Below, in pieces: positions 36,240-49,359 of a stretch of DNA of 60,000 nucleotides. The position numbers and the translations under genes were made by a program. Every line of letters starts with the position of its first letter. The first letter of the stretch is position 1. Location of the stretch: assembly GCF_036321535.1 (NCBI RefSeq), contig NC_087447.1:46564001-46624000 (forward strand), in the 5' to 3' direction. The stretch comes from Camelus dromedarius. Taxonomy: Eukaryota. The notes under the pieces were generated by a model, which saw nothing but the letters and a program-made list of their open reading frames with translations, did not search any database and was not told the origin of the DNA.

Positions 36240-36454
36240 AAGGGATCAGCAAACTGTGACTCTCAGGCCAAATCCGGCCCAACACCTGTTTTTGCAAATA
36301 AAATTTTACTGGAACACAGCCATGCATGTTCATTTACATATTGCCCAGGGCTGCTTTTCTGCAACTACTTGCCACTTCAACAAAAACCATATAGTCCATC
36401 TAGCCTAAAATATTTACTATCTGCCACTTTACAGAAAATGTTTACTAACCTCTA
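36240..36454 (+). mobile_element. MER58A (hAT-Charlie MITE)
   Basis: agggatcagcaaac...ggccaaatccggccc...tgtttttgcaaataaaattttactggaacacagccatg...gcctaaaatatttactatctg...tttacagaaaatgtttactaacctct; degenerate terminal inverted repeats. Confidence 0.9.
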
Positions 36455-36599
36455 TGCTTGACTCTGAAAGTGCAGACATAGTATCTATTTCTCAGTCTGG
36501 GAGGTGGTTACATGGGTATATACATATGTAAAAATTCACCAAGCATTTCATTCATTTTATTATATGTATGCCATAACTCAACTTTTTAAAATGAAATAA

Positions 36600-37230
36600 A
36601 GAGTATTTGGTCCCTGCCCTCTAGCACCTCAAAATCTGCTCGGAGGACATAAGTAAATAACTGCAGCACAGTCTTGATAAGAATCATAATGAAGAGCTAT
36701 ACTAACTACAGTAATGGCACAAAAGAGAAAATGAACAACCCAGTTAGGAATGCAAGGCCAAGTCTTCATAGAGAAGACAACTGAAGTATATCTTGAAGAA
36801 TGAGTATGTATGTATCAGGACGGCAATGGCAGAGGAAGAAAAATGGAGGTAAAGGGGGAGAGAACAGCATATGCAAAGGCTCAGAAATGCAAAGGTGAAA
36901 AAAAAGGCATGCCTTTGGGAAATGACATGTAACTCACAGAAACACTTAGGTAAGGTGCTAGTAGAACAATGTCAAAAGATAAGACTGGAGCAATACAAAG
37001 GGGTAAGATCATGGAAAGCCTCATATGAGGGTGGACATGTAATTTATGGCCTAAACAGGGTCACTTTTGAGAGTGAAAGAGAGCCAGAAAAACAATTGTA
37101 AACAAGGACTAACCCAGGAAAATATCAACACTCTATTACATGCCATAATAAGGAACTTGGACTTTGACCTACCAGATAGAACAAGTTAATAAAGAGTTTT
37201 TTTAAAAAGCAATACCAAGATTTATGCTTT
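36600..37230 (-). mobile_element. L2 (continuation of the L2 beginning about 36185, split by MER58A and an L1 scrap)
   Basis: tggtccctgccctctagcacctc...tcttgaagaatgagta...gagaacagcatatgcaaaggctcag...aggaacttggacttt. Confidence 0.75.
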
Positions 37231-37244
37231 AAAAAGGATGTACT

Positions 37245-37480
37245 TCATCTATTTATTTAACATATAGAGAGAGTACTTAATGTGCCAGGCACTGCCCTAA
37301 GCACTTTGCAAATATTACTCATTAATCATCATAACTACCTTGTGAGATAGGTAGTATTATTATCCTCATTATTCAGATAAAAGGCACAGGCTAATTAAGT
37401 AACTTGCCTAAAGTAGCACAGACAATAAGGGGCAGAACCAATATTTGAACCCATCAGTTAGGCCCCAGAGTTTGTGTTGT
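37245..37480 (-). mobile_element. MIR SINE
   Basis: tgtgccaggcactgccctaagcacttt...gtagtattattatcctcatt...taagtaacttgcctaaag...atttgaaccc. Confidence 0.88.
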
Positions 37481-37709
37481 TCCCTACTTTTGACCCCAGG
37501 GAATCCTGAGCCCCTAGCCAGTGTTAGGTCCCTCTATACAGAAGCCCACCACACTCTACACTTCTTCATAGTACTCATCATATTTCTAATCATTTGTTTA
37601 AAAATCTACCTTCCTTGCTAGATTGTAAACTGTAAGGACAGGATTGAGATTATCTTGTTTACCACTGTATTCCCCTAACCTGACACATTTATTAGCCCTC
37701 AATTTGGAA

Positions 37710-37870
37710 ATCATATTAATAACAGCAAACATTTATTGACCACTTACTCTGTGCCAGGCACTGTTCTAAGAGCTTTAAACATATTAATCGATTTAAAAGA
37801 AGTTAAATAACTTGTCCAAGGTCACAAAGCTAGTAAGAAGTAGAGTCAGGATTCTGAATCTAACTCAGTG
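37710..37870 (-). mobile_element. MIR (internally deleted)
   Basis: acatttattgaccacttactctgtgccaggcactgttctaagagctt...aagttaaataacttgtccaaggtcaca. Confidence 0.85.
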
Positions 37871-38084
37871 CCATTAACTTTATGCTAAACTACCTTTTTT
37901 TATTGAATAAAAGTATGAATTAATAAAATTAGTACCCCTTGTTTCTAAGCAGTGCCTGGCACTCAGGAGGCATTCCAAAAATAAATGACTCAGGTGCTGA
38001 GGAAGAGACAGTGTGTAACCACATCTCCTTCCTCCCAAAGAGGCAGCCTGGCCTACAGAAATAAAAGCATATATCCAGATCACT

Positions 38085-38320
38085 GGGGAGGCAGCATACT
38101 GCAATGTTAAGTTAAAAACACAGACTTTGGAATTAGAACATAAAATTTCTAATTAGGTTAAGTCCCACTTCTACCAATTACTAGATATGTAACCTTAGAT
38201 TCCTCATTTACAAAAGGAGAACAACAATATCTATCTCATTGGCTGTTGTGAGCATTAAATAAGGAAAATACAGAATTGTACCTAATACATACATACTCAA
38301 TATACATTTGTTTTATCATA
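38085..38320 (+). mobile_element. MIR SINE
   Basis: gaggcagcat...cagactttggaattaga...ttactagatatgtaaccttag...gttgtgagcattaaat. Confidence 0.8.
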
Positions 38321-39144
38321 ACAGTTAACAGTATTATTTATATTGTTATTAACTATTTCATTAGTGATGGACTTAGCTATAGCTCAGAGTTCCTGTGACT
38401 TCCCTCTAGGTCCCTTGAGATCCCTTCCAACACCTCCTTCATCTTACCAAAGTTGAATATTTTACAAGTTTAGAGCTCAAATGGGTATTGTACATAAACA
38501 GAGTGTTTCATGGAGCTTTACACTTCTGGCCCAAAGCCTGGAGAGGTGAAAATCGTAAGGGTGGCGTCCCAATCGCCACTGCCTAAGCCATGAGTTCCAG
38601 AAGCAAAATTAGGAAACCAGTACCGCTAACTGACCTAGCTGATATGAAGGAAACCACACTAGAAAAAAACATTTAAATACAATATCTCCTTGAGCTTAAA
38701 ACCTAAGTCAAATCTTAACTGCCAGGCTAGAAAGTTTGACTCAGTCCAACAGAGACTGTACAAGAGAAGCCAAAAGCTTCTGTCAGTGCTGTTGGGTCTA
38801 ACAGAGGTGACAGAGAAAAGTTTTAGACTTTTGAGGTACCATAAAACACTCAGCAATCTCTGTGATAAACTTAACTCAAAGCTTCCTGGATGCCCAGTCC
38901 TATATTAGGACTGGAAGGGTAAGATCACAAAAATCATAAAATTGGGAGAAATAGGTGGACTGCCACAGATCACCACCTGGATTGGCCCCCACTTTCAGAC
39001 TGTAATATACCTATCAATTATTAGTCTCATTTTACAGATAAAGAAACTGAGGTCCAGAGAAGGTAAATGATTTAGCCCAGGTCAGATATTTAAGAGGTGA
39101 CAAGGGAAAAAAAAAAGCACCTAGTCTCAAGGAGTAACAATCTT

Positions 39145-40942
39145 TTTTTTAATTCTTTGGGGGAGGCGGCGGGACAAGGTAATTAAGTTTATTTATTTAC
39201 TTACTTACTTATTTACTTTATTTATTTATTTTAAAGTGCATACTTATGAAGTCCCCTATAAAGGTATGTATTTTTATTTTATTTTATTTGGGGGGGAAAT
39301 TTTCTACATTTTTTTAACTTTTTTTTATTGAGTTATAGTCATTTACAATGTTGTGTCAAATTCCAGCGTAGAGCACAATTTTTCAGTTATACGTGAACAT
39401 ACATATTTTCATTGTCACATTCTCTTTCACTGTGAGCCACCACAAGATCCTGTATATATTTCCCTGTGCTACACAGTACGATCTTGTTTATCTATTCTAC
39501 ATTTTGAAATCCCAGTCTGTCCCTTCCCACCCCCCAACCCCCTGGCAACTACAAGTTTGTATTCTATGTCTATGAGTCTGTTTCTGTTTTGTATTCATGG
39601 GGGTTTTTTTGTTTGTTTGTTTGGTTGTTTTAGATTCCGCATATGAGTGATCTCATATGGTATTTTTCATTCTCTTTCTGGCTTACTTCACTTAGAATGA
39701 CATTCTCCAGGAACATCCATGTTGCTGCAAATGGCGTTATGTTGTCAGTTTTTATGGCTGAATAGTATTCCATTGTATAAATATACCACTTCTTCTTTAT
39801 CCAGTCATCTGTTGATGGACATTGAGGCTTTTTGCATGTCTTGGCTATTGTAAATAGTGCTGCTGTGAACACTGGGGTGCAAGTGTCTTTTTGAAGTAGC
39901 ATTCCTTCTGGATATATGCCCAGGAGCGGGATTCCTGGGTCATATGGTAAGTCTATTCTAGTCTTTTGAGGAATCTCCATACTGTTTTCCACAGTCGCTA
40001 CACCAAACTGCATTCCCACCAGCGGTGTAGGGGAGTTCCCTTTTCTCCACAGCCTCTCCAGCATTTGTCATTTGTGGACTTTTGAATGATGGCCATTCTG
40101 ACTGATGTGAGGTGATACCTCATCGTAGTTTTTTTTTTCTCATTGTAGTTTTGATTTGCATTTCTCTGATAATTAGTGATATTGAGCATTTTTTCATATG
40201 CCTATTGATCATTTGTATTTCTTCCTTGGAAAATTGCTTGTTTAGGTCTTTTGGCCATTTTTGGATTGGGTTGTTTGGTTGTTTCTTATTATGTCGTATG
40301 AGGTGCTTGTATATTCTGGAGATCAAGCCTTTGTCGGTTTCATTTGCAAAAATTTTCTCGCATTCCGTAGGTTGTCTTTTTGTTTTATGGTTTCCTTTGC
40401 TGTGCAGAAGCTTGTAAGTTTCATCAGGTCCCATTTGTTTATTCTTGCTTTTATTTCTATTGCTTGAGTAGACTGTTCTAGGAGAACATTTTTGAGATGT
40501 ATGTCAGATAATGTTTTGCCTATATTTTCTTCTAGGAGGTTTATTGTATCTTGTCTTATGTTTAAGTCTTTGATCCATTTTGAGTTTATTTTTGTGTATG
40601 GTGTAAGGGAGTGTTCTAGCTTCACTGATTTATATGCTGCTGTCCAGTTTTCCCAACACCATTTGCTGAAGAGACTGTCTTTATTCCATTGTATATTCTT
40701 GCCTCCTTTGTCGAAGATTAGTTGACCAAAAGTTTGTGGGTTCATTTCTGGGCTCTCTGTTCTGTTCCATTGGTCCATATGTCTGTTTTTGTACCAATAC
40801 CATGCTGTCTTGATTACTGTAGCTCTGTAGTATTGTCTGAAGTCTGGGAGAGTTATTCCTCCAGCCTCTTTCTTTTTCTTTCTTTCTTTATTTTTAATGG
40901 AGGTACTGGAGATTGAACCCAGGACTTCGTGAATCCTAAGCA
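39145..40942 (-). mobile_element. vic-1-like SINE split in two by an L1 insertion
   Basis: Tail half 39145-39232 (tttgggggagg...gtaattaagtttattt) and head half about 40880-40942 (aatggaggtactggagattgaacccagg); TSD taacaatctt (39135-39144) / tagcaatctt (40943-40952). Confidence 0.75.
39309..40870 (-). mobile_element. Young 5'-truncated L1 (ORF2 C-terminal part plus 3' UTR)
   Basis: ORFs 40323-40943 ([34 protein letters not shown]...), 40120-40434, 39998-40189 ([18 protein letters not shown], zinc-knuckle region) and 39630-40064 are frameshifted L1 ORF2. Confidence 0.97.
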
Positions 40943-43754
40943 TAGCAATCTTAATGACAAGGTATGACTCATAAAACTATCAAAACACATGGTCAGGTGG
41001 TAAGGGAGATTTCTATCAGGAGCTACAGGTATGGAAAGGAAGAACAAGAAATGAGAGACTGAAGGCCTCAGAGTAAAAGTCCCTGCTCACCACATCCTTC
41101 ACAAAGTAAAATGGTCCCTCTTCACTTGTATGGCTCCTTTAATACCTACTACCCTGTAATACCTGTTTACCTATCTCCCCCATTACATGGTAGTTCCTCA
41201 AGGCTATAGACATTTTATTATATTTATATTACCAACACCCAGCCTAGGCATATAGCTGGACCTCCTGCTGACTTTGAAAAGACTCAAACTAGCGCTACTC
41301 CTCTCCACAATACTAAAAAGAAGGCACATGTACCCTATCAGGTATCTGCCAGGGCAAGAGGCCAGACCCTCAAGAAAGAGTCCAGGTAAGGCTAAGAGAA
41401 AGTTACTTAGACCAAGTAATTTAATCTCTTAATTGTTCATACCAATAATCATCTTAGAAAACTGTATTAAAAATCAGATGTCTGTGAAAGCACTTAACAC
41501 AGTACCTGGCACATAGTAGATAATCAATGACTGCTAGCTCCCTTCTCATACTCCCTCTGAGTTCCTATTAAAAATACCAACATTCATCACAAGTACTTAT
41601 TTATGTGTTGGGTACTTTGTTAAGCCTCAGTGGTGGGACGATGATCTTATCTTAGGCATCTCTGATGGAACTTCAGCGTCTACCATGATGCCCACCAAAG
41701 CTGCCTGGCACCCAGTAAGCACTCACTAAATTGGGAACTCCTGAGAAGACTACTGGACACAGACTACTGATGGGCTGCTTGCCAGTACAGCAAGGCCAAG
41801 CCATCTGCTCTGCTAGCCCTAGAGATATGCAGACACAGAAGAGACCAAGTCCCTGGCCAGCTGCAGATCTACACATGTATAGAGTCCCTCCCATAGTAAA
41901 GCCTGCCCATCAAGGTGACCAGAAAAAACACAAGAAGGATCCAGATGAGTTCCTTAATACCGCTTTAGAGACAATATGGAAATGTTCCAAACTATACCAC
42001 ATCTCCATTTAGGACCTGGGTTGGAATATTAAACTGAATACCCACCATCACATTTCCTATATTCCCCACTGAGAAGGAAGGAAAGGGCTCCTTTCTTTTA
42101 GCACTGCTTGCTTAGAAAAGCTGATCTCCTGGGGAATGGCTGGGCCCATATCCTGGCAAAAGCTTGAACCCCACAAAAGCATCTCAGTCATTCCACCTTG
42201 CTGGGCTCCAGGGCTGAAAATAGCCCCTAATGAAAAACAAGCTGTGTGGACTACTTATCCAGTTTCATTGCAAAGGCAGGCCTTAAGCTGGCTGAAGAGG
42301 ACAAACCCCTCACTCCTAACTCAAGCGGGCTAGAAGCCTCACCTGTTTCCGGCCCCACAGCAACTGGCATAGCTCTGGCACCTCTCAGGCTTCATCTTTC
42401 CAAAACAGCAATGGAACAAGTGCAGAACACACAAGGGCCCCCTGCAGTCAGCCCAGCACTGATTGACGGGGTGGCAGGAAGAGAGAGAGCTATTCCCAGA
42501 CACAGACCCTCTATTCTTTCGTCAAATCTGAGGGCAAAATGAAAGGCCCCAAAGCAGCCCGCACCCTTACAAAAGAAGCATTTCATACCTCTGCTTCCTC
42601 TTTTGGCAATGACAGTAAGAGGTTTCTCTATCAAGGCCCTGTCTCAATGCCTATTTACATAGGGTGGCCTTACCTAATCCCAAGTCAGAATCAGCAGTCA
42701 GTATGCAGTCTTATACACCAAATCCATCCCTGCCTATTACCCACCCTGCCATTACAGTCAACTGTCTCCATCAACACATTAAGCACTTCTAGAGGCAGGC
42801 CCAGGTCTCATAATGCCTGTGTTTCCCGTGTTGCCTAGCAGGGGGTCCTGCTTAGATTAGGAGCACAAAGATCTGTTTGTTATAGAGTGAAAGTGAGCAG
42901 GTGCAGAAACAGGGCAGGAAGTGTAAGGACATGAACATATCCTGTCTTACTCTCCCTGGAGTCCCCACCCAGTATATGCTGCCTCTGGCCCTAGGCTCAG
43001 GCTGGGTCTCCCAGGCTTCTTCTCTTATCACCAAGCTCACAGTCATCTCTCCCTACTTTGGCTGTGCACATCCTATCTGAACCATTCCCTGGATGGTTCT
43101 TGACATCCTAGATGTCTGTTTCACTTCCTGGGTGTGTTTGAGAACTCCCTGAGGACACGGCCCATGGACCAGCCACAGGGAAATCCACCAATAACAGTTT
43201 ACAGAATCAAGAAAAAGAAAGTCAACTTCCTTTGAGCTTTCAATTGCTTACCTATGAAAAGGTGAAAAGAATATCTGTCACCAATATCTCTCACCTGGTT
43301 TCACCTGGTTGCTCCCACAGGCTTAGATTCTCTCTCTTTCTCCATGTCCTCAGCTGGTTTCCCAGGGAATTCTCCATAAAGAATTCAGGCCAAACAGTTC
43401 AGCCCCTATATTTGGCCTACAACTGTGTGATACTTAAGATGTCATCAGAATAGAGATGACAGCTCATTCTTCACATCCCACATCCCTCACACTACGGGGA
43501 GTGACTCATCCATGCCAATCCCAGCCAAAGGCAGGAAAAGTCCCCTTGAACCAAAGCAGGACAATGCTGCATCCTCCACCTACCCACCAATGAGCTCATG
43601 CCTAAGATCATGATCAGTCTCACCTCTCAAACTGGGAATGGGTCCTTAAGTGGGCTGAAGTCCTGGAAGAAGACTTCCAATCAGAAAAGAAAATAAATTA
43701 TGACTTTCTACAACTGTGTTAAAACCAACAGTTTTTGGCAAACCCAAATTATCT

Positions 43755-44170
43755 TTGTTTTTATCAAGATATAATTCACATACCATACAATTTACCCATT
43801 TAAAGTATACAATTCAGTGGTTTTCAGTATATTCACAAAACTGAGCAACCATCTCAATAATCTAATTTCAGAACATTCTCATCACCCCAAAAAGACACCA
43901 CATACCCATTAGCAGTCACTCCCCATTTTCCCCACCCTCTAGACCACAGCAACCTGCTTTCTTTCTCTGTAGATTTTGCCTATTCTGGGCACTTCATATA
44001 AATGGAATCCTATAATACTTGGCCTTTTCACATAGCATAATGTTTTCAAGTTTCATCCATGTTGTAGCATGTGTCAGTACTTCATTCCATCTTATGGCTG
44101 AATAATATTCAAATATATGAGTATATCACATTTTGTTTATTCATCAGTTGATGGGCATCTGGGTTGTCTG
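43755..44170 (-). mobile_element. L1MA/MB 3' UTR
   Basis: gatataattcacataccatacaatttacccatttaaagtatacaattcagtgg...catccatgttgtagcatgtgtcagtacttcattcc...gttgatgggcatctgggttg. Confidence 0.9.
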
Positions 44171-44834
44171 CCTATTTACATGGAGCCCCACTTAAAGCAT
44201 GGGTTTCACTCTCAGTCCCTAAATCGGGGCTGCATCAGTCAGTGTTCCAGACAAAGTGGCACAGCAATTTCTAGTATAAGCCAGTATGGTCTTCAAGGTG
44301 CTGAAAATATCTGGCTGGCTCCCACACTGCTCACTCATCCTCTTAACTTAAGAAAGGGAGAAACAAGCATCATGCTATCACCATTTAAGAAAGCAATTTC
44401 AACTCACTGAATCTTTACAACACACTCCATGATCCTAGGTCAGGGATTCCTGCCCACATTTTACACACAAAGAAACTCCAACCTTGGAATTTAAGTAATT
44501 TTGCTAAGTCACAAAGGTAGAGACAGAGGCAGACGAACCCAGGTCTTCTGATTCTTGGTCCAGAAGTGTACCATTATAGAGATGTTCAAGGAAAGGAGCA
44601 CCTAAGTAGTGGAAGAAGGAGAAAGGGACTGAGAGAGCTTCAGAGAGGATATGACATTTGACCTGACCCTAGAAGAACAATTGTAATTTCAGCCACCAGA
44701 GAAGAAAGGAGGGATATTCCAGACAAAAGGAAAAACACGAGAAAAGGCTGAAAGACATGAAAGATCTAGGTATATTGAAAGATTAGTCAGTGATTTTTAA
44801 GTCAAGGAAGGTTTATCCCAAAATTATGTTTTTA

Positions 44835-45990
44835 TAAAAGATAAATGTCTAGTATCCAAAATATATAAAGACCTCTTAAAATGTTGTATTAGTCAGGGTT
44901 CCCCAGAGAAACAAAACCAATAGGATACATATATATGTAGATATATATAGAAGAGATTTATTATGGGAATTGGTTCACACAATTATGGAGGCCAAAAATT
45001 CCCCGATCTGCCTTCTGCATGCATGAGAACCAGGGAAGCTGGTGGTTTAATTCAGACCAAGTCCAAAGGCCTGAGAATGGGACTAGGGGTGGGGGAGTGT
45101 GAGCAGTGATGGTAAAAGTTCCAGTCTGAGTCCAAAAATCCAAGAACCAGGAGCTCCAACGTATGAGTACAGTAGAAGATGGATGTCTCATCTTAAGGAG
45201 TAAGAACAAATTCGCCCTTCCTCCCCTCTTTGTTCTATTCAGGTTCTCAGGGGATTGGGTGATGCCTACCAGCACCTTCTTTACTCAGTCTACTGATTCA
45301 AATGCTCATCTTCTCTGAAGATACCCTCACAGACATATACAGAAATAATGTTTAGTCAGTTATCTAGGCATCCCTTAGCCCAGTCAAGTTGCAACATAAA
45401 ATTAGCCATCATACAATTCAATAACAAAAAAAAAAACCATTTTTAAAACAAAGGACTTGAACAGACATTTCTCCATAGATGATCTACAAATGGCCAACAA
45501 GTATAGAAAAAGATGCTCAACGTCATTAGTCATCACAGAAACAGAAATCAAAACCACAGTGAGATACCATTTCATACCCATTAGGATGGCTATAATCAAA
45601 AAAGACAGAAAATAACAAATGTTGGTGAGAATGTAGAGAAACTGAATCACCCGTATATTGTGGGTAGGAGTATAAAACAGTACAGCCATGATGGAAAACA
45701 GTTTGGCAGTTCCTCAAAAACTTAAACATAGAATTACCACATGATCCAGCAATTGTACTTCTAGTATACCCGAAAGAATTACAAACACGTACTCAAATAA
45801 GTATATGTATACACATGTTCATAGCAGCACTGCTGACAATAGCAAAAAGGTGGAAATAGCCCAAATGTCCATCAACAGATGAGTGGATAATTAAATTGTG
45901 GTATATACATAGAGTGGAATATAAGCTACCCATAAACAGGAGTGAGGTACTGCTTCATTCTATGTGCTACATGCTACAACATGGATGAGC
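44835..45990 (+). mobile_element. L1MB-type ORF2 end, split by an MLT2 LTR
   Basis: tctagtatccaaaatatataaagacctc...[LTR]...aggacttgaacagacatttctcc...gagataccatttcatacccattaggatggc...ccaaatgtccatcaacagatgagtggataa. Confidence 0.9.
44885..45413 (-). mobile_element. MLT2-type (ERVL) solo LTR
   Basis: tgtattagtcagggttccccagagaaacaaaaccaatagg...accctcacagac...cccagtcaagttgcaacataaaattagccatcata. Confidence 0.92.
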
Positions 45991-47879
45991 CTCCCCTACA
46001 GCACAGACTAGGTCATGGGTGGAGAGCAGGGGGAAAAGAGCTGAATGACCTCTCTTGAAGCAGCAGTTTGGAGTCATGCTATCTCTGAAAAGGGAGTTAG
46101 AGACTAGGTGCCCAGGAAAACCAAAGATTCAGTCATCACACAATGGTCTGAATTTGGTTTATTTTCCTTGGGGGAGGTTCAGGGGTTCAAGAAGAATAGA
46201 GAGGTATTTAACAAACAACTTTGGAGCAATATCTGGTTTCAGAAATAACTGAAATCTCTCAATAACAACTGGATTCCTGACTTTCCAGAAGCAACATTTC
46301 TAATGCCAAAGTCTTTCAGAAAAACATTTAAGATATTACTCCCAAAGTTTGATGCTGAAGCCATCCCCTAGCTGTCCACAAGCTGTTTTCATTACCCTCA
46401 GGAGGCACTGGAGACCTGGAGACTAGAAATTTGGGGCGCAGCATTCAAGCTCAGCCCTATCAGCCAAAAGGCTCCAACGTAGCATGTCATCAACTGAAGC
46501 CTGGAACTCAACCCACGAGGAATAATCGGCAAGGGTCATAGGCACATCTTCCTCAGGCTCCTCATGTCTTATATTTATAGTAATACTGACAATCAAAACC
46601 ACCAACAAATACTTCCCTTTTTTAAGGGCCATTATGTGGCCTTTAAATACATTCTCACAACAGCCCTAAGGCTCATACAGATTAATGATTTGCCCAGGGT
46701 CGTGAGGCTAATAATGGCAAAGCCAAGTTTTAAACTCTGGTCTGCATGCTTCCAAAGATCATGCCATTGCCACAACACAAAACTGCCAGCACCACACATC
46801 CTGCCCCAGCTATTTCCTGAATGTCCATGAGAAAATGCTCTGACCACTCAAAATAAATCAATTCTTCTCAGTTTAACATTAATCCTAGTAGCTCAGGGAC
46901 AGAACCTCTCTCAGGCAACAGCAACCCGGAGCACTGACACCACCAAGAAGTACCTGAGATTGCTATCCGGGCCATTCCACCATTTCCAAGGTCACCAATC
47001 AAGCTTCCCAAAAACCCAAACATAGGTGTTTTGCCTTGGATGGCCCTTGAAGGCAGGAGGGGAAATGTCAGGGAGAAGCACAAATATAGAAAGCATGGAA
47101 AACAAAACACCAAGTCAGAAATCAGTAGATCTGAGAGCTAGCCCCAGTTCTGCCCCTAATTAATTATATGACCTTAGGAAGTCACCTGCCTTCTTTGCAT
47201 TTGTTTTCTCTGTTATAATACAGAAACAACAATTCCCTCCCATCATATCTCACAGGTTTGCTAAGGACATGATGAGGGAAAAAACAGGTCTTAAATAGGA
47301 GAGTGCTTTGAAAGGTGCAAAGCACAAACTAATCTGAGGGGTCATTATGATATGACTACCATGAGCTGGCTGGAGAGAAGATTAATATCAAGAAACAATT
47401 AGAAGGTGAAACAGTAGTTAATTACATGCCACTTTATATGACACAGACTAAGAAGATTATAGTCTAGAAAGGGGTAGTCTCTGGGATGAGTCAGAGAAAC
47501 TGCATAGAAAAGAACAGACAGAATTGAAGGGTGATGGAGAGCAAGAGTGGCAGCAAAAGTATACAGCCAGGGAAGAGAGGGGTGAAGAAGCAGAAGGGCA
47601 ACAGCGCTGGATCAGTTGCTGTGCATGGGGAGGTCAGGGAGGCCATTGTGGGTAGGTACAGGAAGGCCAGATTGTAGAGAGAAGATAGGCTGAGGAGCTA
47701 GGGCAGGATGCAGTCAGCAACATGGTGCAATGAGAGAGAGCAGAGCTGGGTTTCACAGCCAACATTTATGGAGCACTAATAATGTGGTAGGCACTCTCAG
47801 AAGTTATAAGGATATAGAGGTGGAATAAGACATGAACCATGCTCTCATGACTCTGCGTTTGAATCCTACTCATCTCTTG

Positions 47880-48290
47880 CAGTGGCATGGACATCAAAGA
47901 ACAAGCTTTATCATCACAGAATTCTGGATTAAATTCCCTGTGCTGCCATTGCTAGATGAATGACCTTCATCAAGTAACCAAACGTCTCTAATTCCCAGTT
48001 TTCTCATGTGCAATGCAGAAGTGATAATAATCTTTCATAGGATGGTGGTGAGTACCAAATTATGCAAAGCACTTAAAAAAAGAAACTTGATATGTGTCTT
48101 ATGGACATACAACACATGATGACTATTATCATTATCATTCACTAGCTTTGTGACCCTGGGAAACTTGCTTAACTTCTCTGGGCTTCAGTTTTCTCATCTG
48201 TAAACTTCACAAGGTTGTTGTAAAAATTAAAGGAAACAATTGCTATAAAGTATCTAGCATAAATCAACAACTCAGCAAAGTTCCATTTTC
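47880..48290 (+). mobile_element. Two adjacent MIR copies
   Basis: ctggattaaattcc...ccagttttctcatgtg; ctagctttgtgaccctgggaaacttgcttaacttctctgggcttcagttttctcatctgtaaa. Confidence 0.8.
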
Positions 48291-49359
48291 TTCCCTCCAT
48301 CTCCTATCCTTAAGCTCATATTTGAGACCTCCCTTGTGGCAATGCTCAGCCCCCAAAGGAAGGCACTGAGGACACAGCTAGAGCACCTACTCATCCTACT
48401 TCTAGAAGGCACCAGGCCCACTCAACCCCCAAACTAACCCTCACTTACCCAACGCCTGACTACCCCCATCCAGGAACATGTTCTTTACCCACTTCTTGCC
48501 AAGTGGCTTCAATTCAACTGTCTGATGGCCAGACAACTCCACCCTGCTTACTCATCCTCCAAGAAACTAAACCAGAAGAGAAAGCTCTGAAGTCTACATG
48601 TTGATAAAAGAAAGGGGAGTGGTTTTTCTAGTATCTTAAAACCATAGGCTAAAAGGGGGAGATGCTAAGAACCCTTGCTGAGGGCAAGATAGATCCCACT
48701 GGTCTTGTGCACACATGACAAGGGCAGGCAAACCTGCTGCAACTCCCAACAGTTCCAGGAATGTCTCAGAACAAGGTCCTCAGCCTGCTGGAGTCACCCA
48801 GGCATGAAGGAAAATTAGGTTTTCACTAGCAAAGGTCAGCTCATAAATACCTGATTAACCCATGCAAACATGCTCTGCTCCATGTTCTGTGAGAATTTAC
48901 AACTGATCCAGAACAGAAGTCAAGCTGAGTACACCTTTCAAAGCTATAACCAACAATTACTGAGGGATGTGTGTGTGGTGGGGGGTGATGGCTGGCTGTA
49001 AAAGCCTAATCCAAATCAGGTGAGTCCAGACTGTCCAGAGGAAGCTGCTTTTTCTGGGAACAACCTCTGCACAAACTTGAAATGCAAACGATACCTTGTC
49101 TTGAAAGACAAGAGCCAGCCCTCCCACTAAAACCATGAGAAATGCAGAAAAGCAAAGCATATTCATTCCAACACCCCTGCTCAATCCCAAGGACTTCCAT
49201 TTATGAGGAAATAATACCAGCAATCTTAATCTCACACATTAGGAAGACATGGCCAGATCAAACCTGTGAAACTGTTGGCTGGGCTCCCCCAAGCAGATCT
49301 GCTTTGTCCTCAGTGCCTCCAATACACTTTGCAAACCAGGAAAGGAAAGTGAAAGAAAC

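Noticed and set aside
38561..38579. gtggcg-tcccaat-cgccac hairpin around a CCAAT
   Set aside because: Isolated 6-bp inverted repeat with no supporting promoter context.
39630..40943. Longest ORFs in the window (206 and 144 aa)
   Set aside because: Frameshifted L1 ORF2 remnants; the 206-aa start comes from the adjacent SINE. Not a host gene.
42834..42848. CTCF-like ctagcagggggtcc
   Set aside because: Mismatches at key GGC/R positions, and it sits in a degenerate L2 3' end.
46423..46570. Protein-like minus-strand stretch (HEEPEEDVPMTLADYSSW...) with four CpGs
   Set aside because: No polypyrimidine acceptor, no recognisable family, and it ends in a stop.
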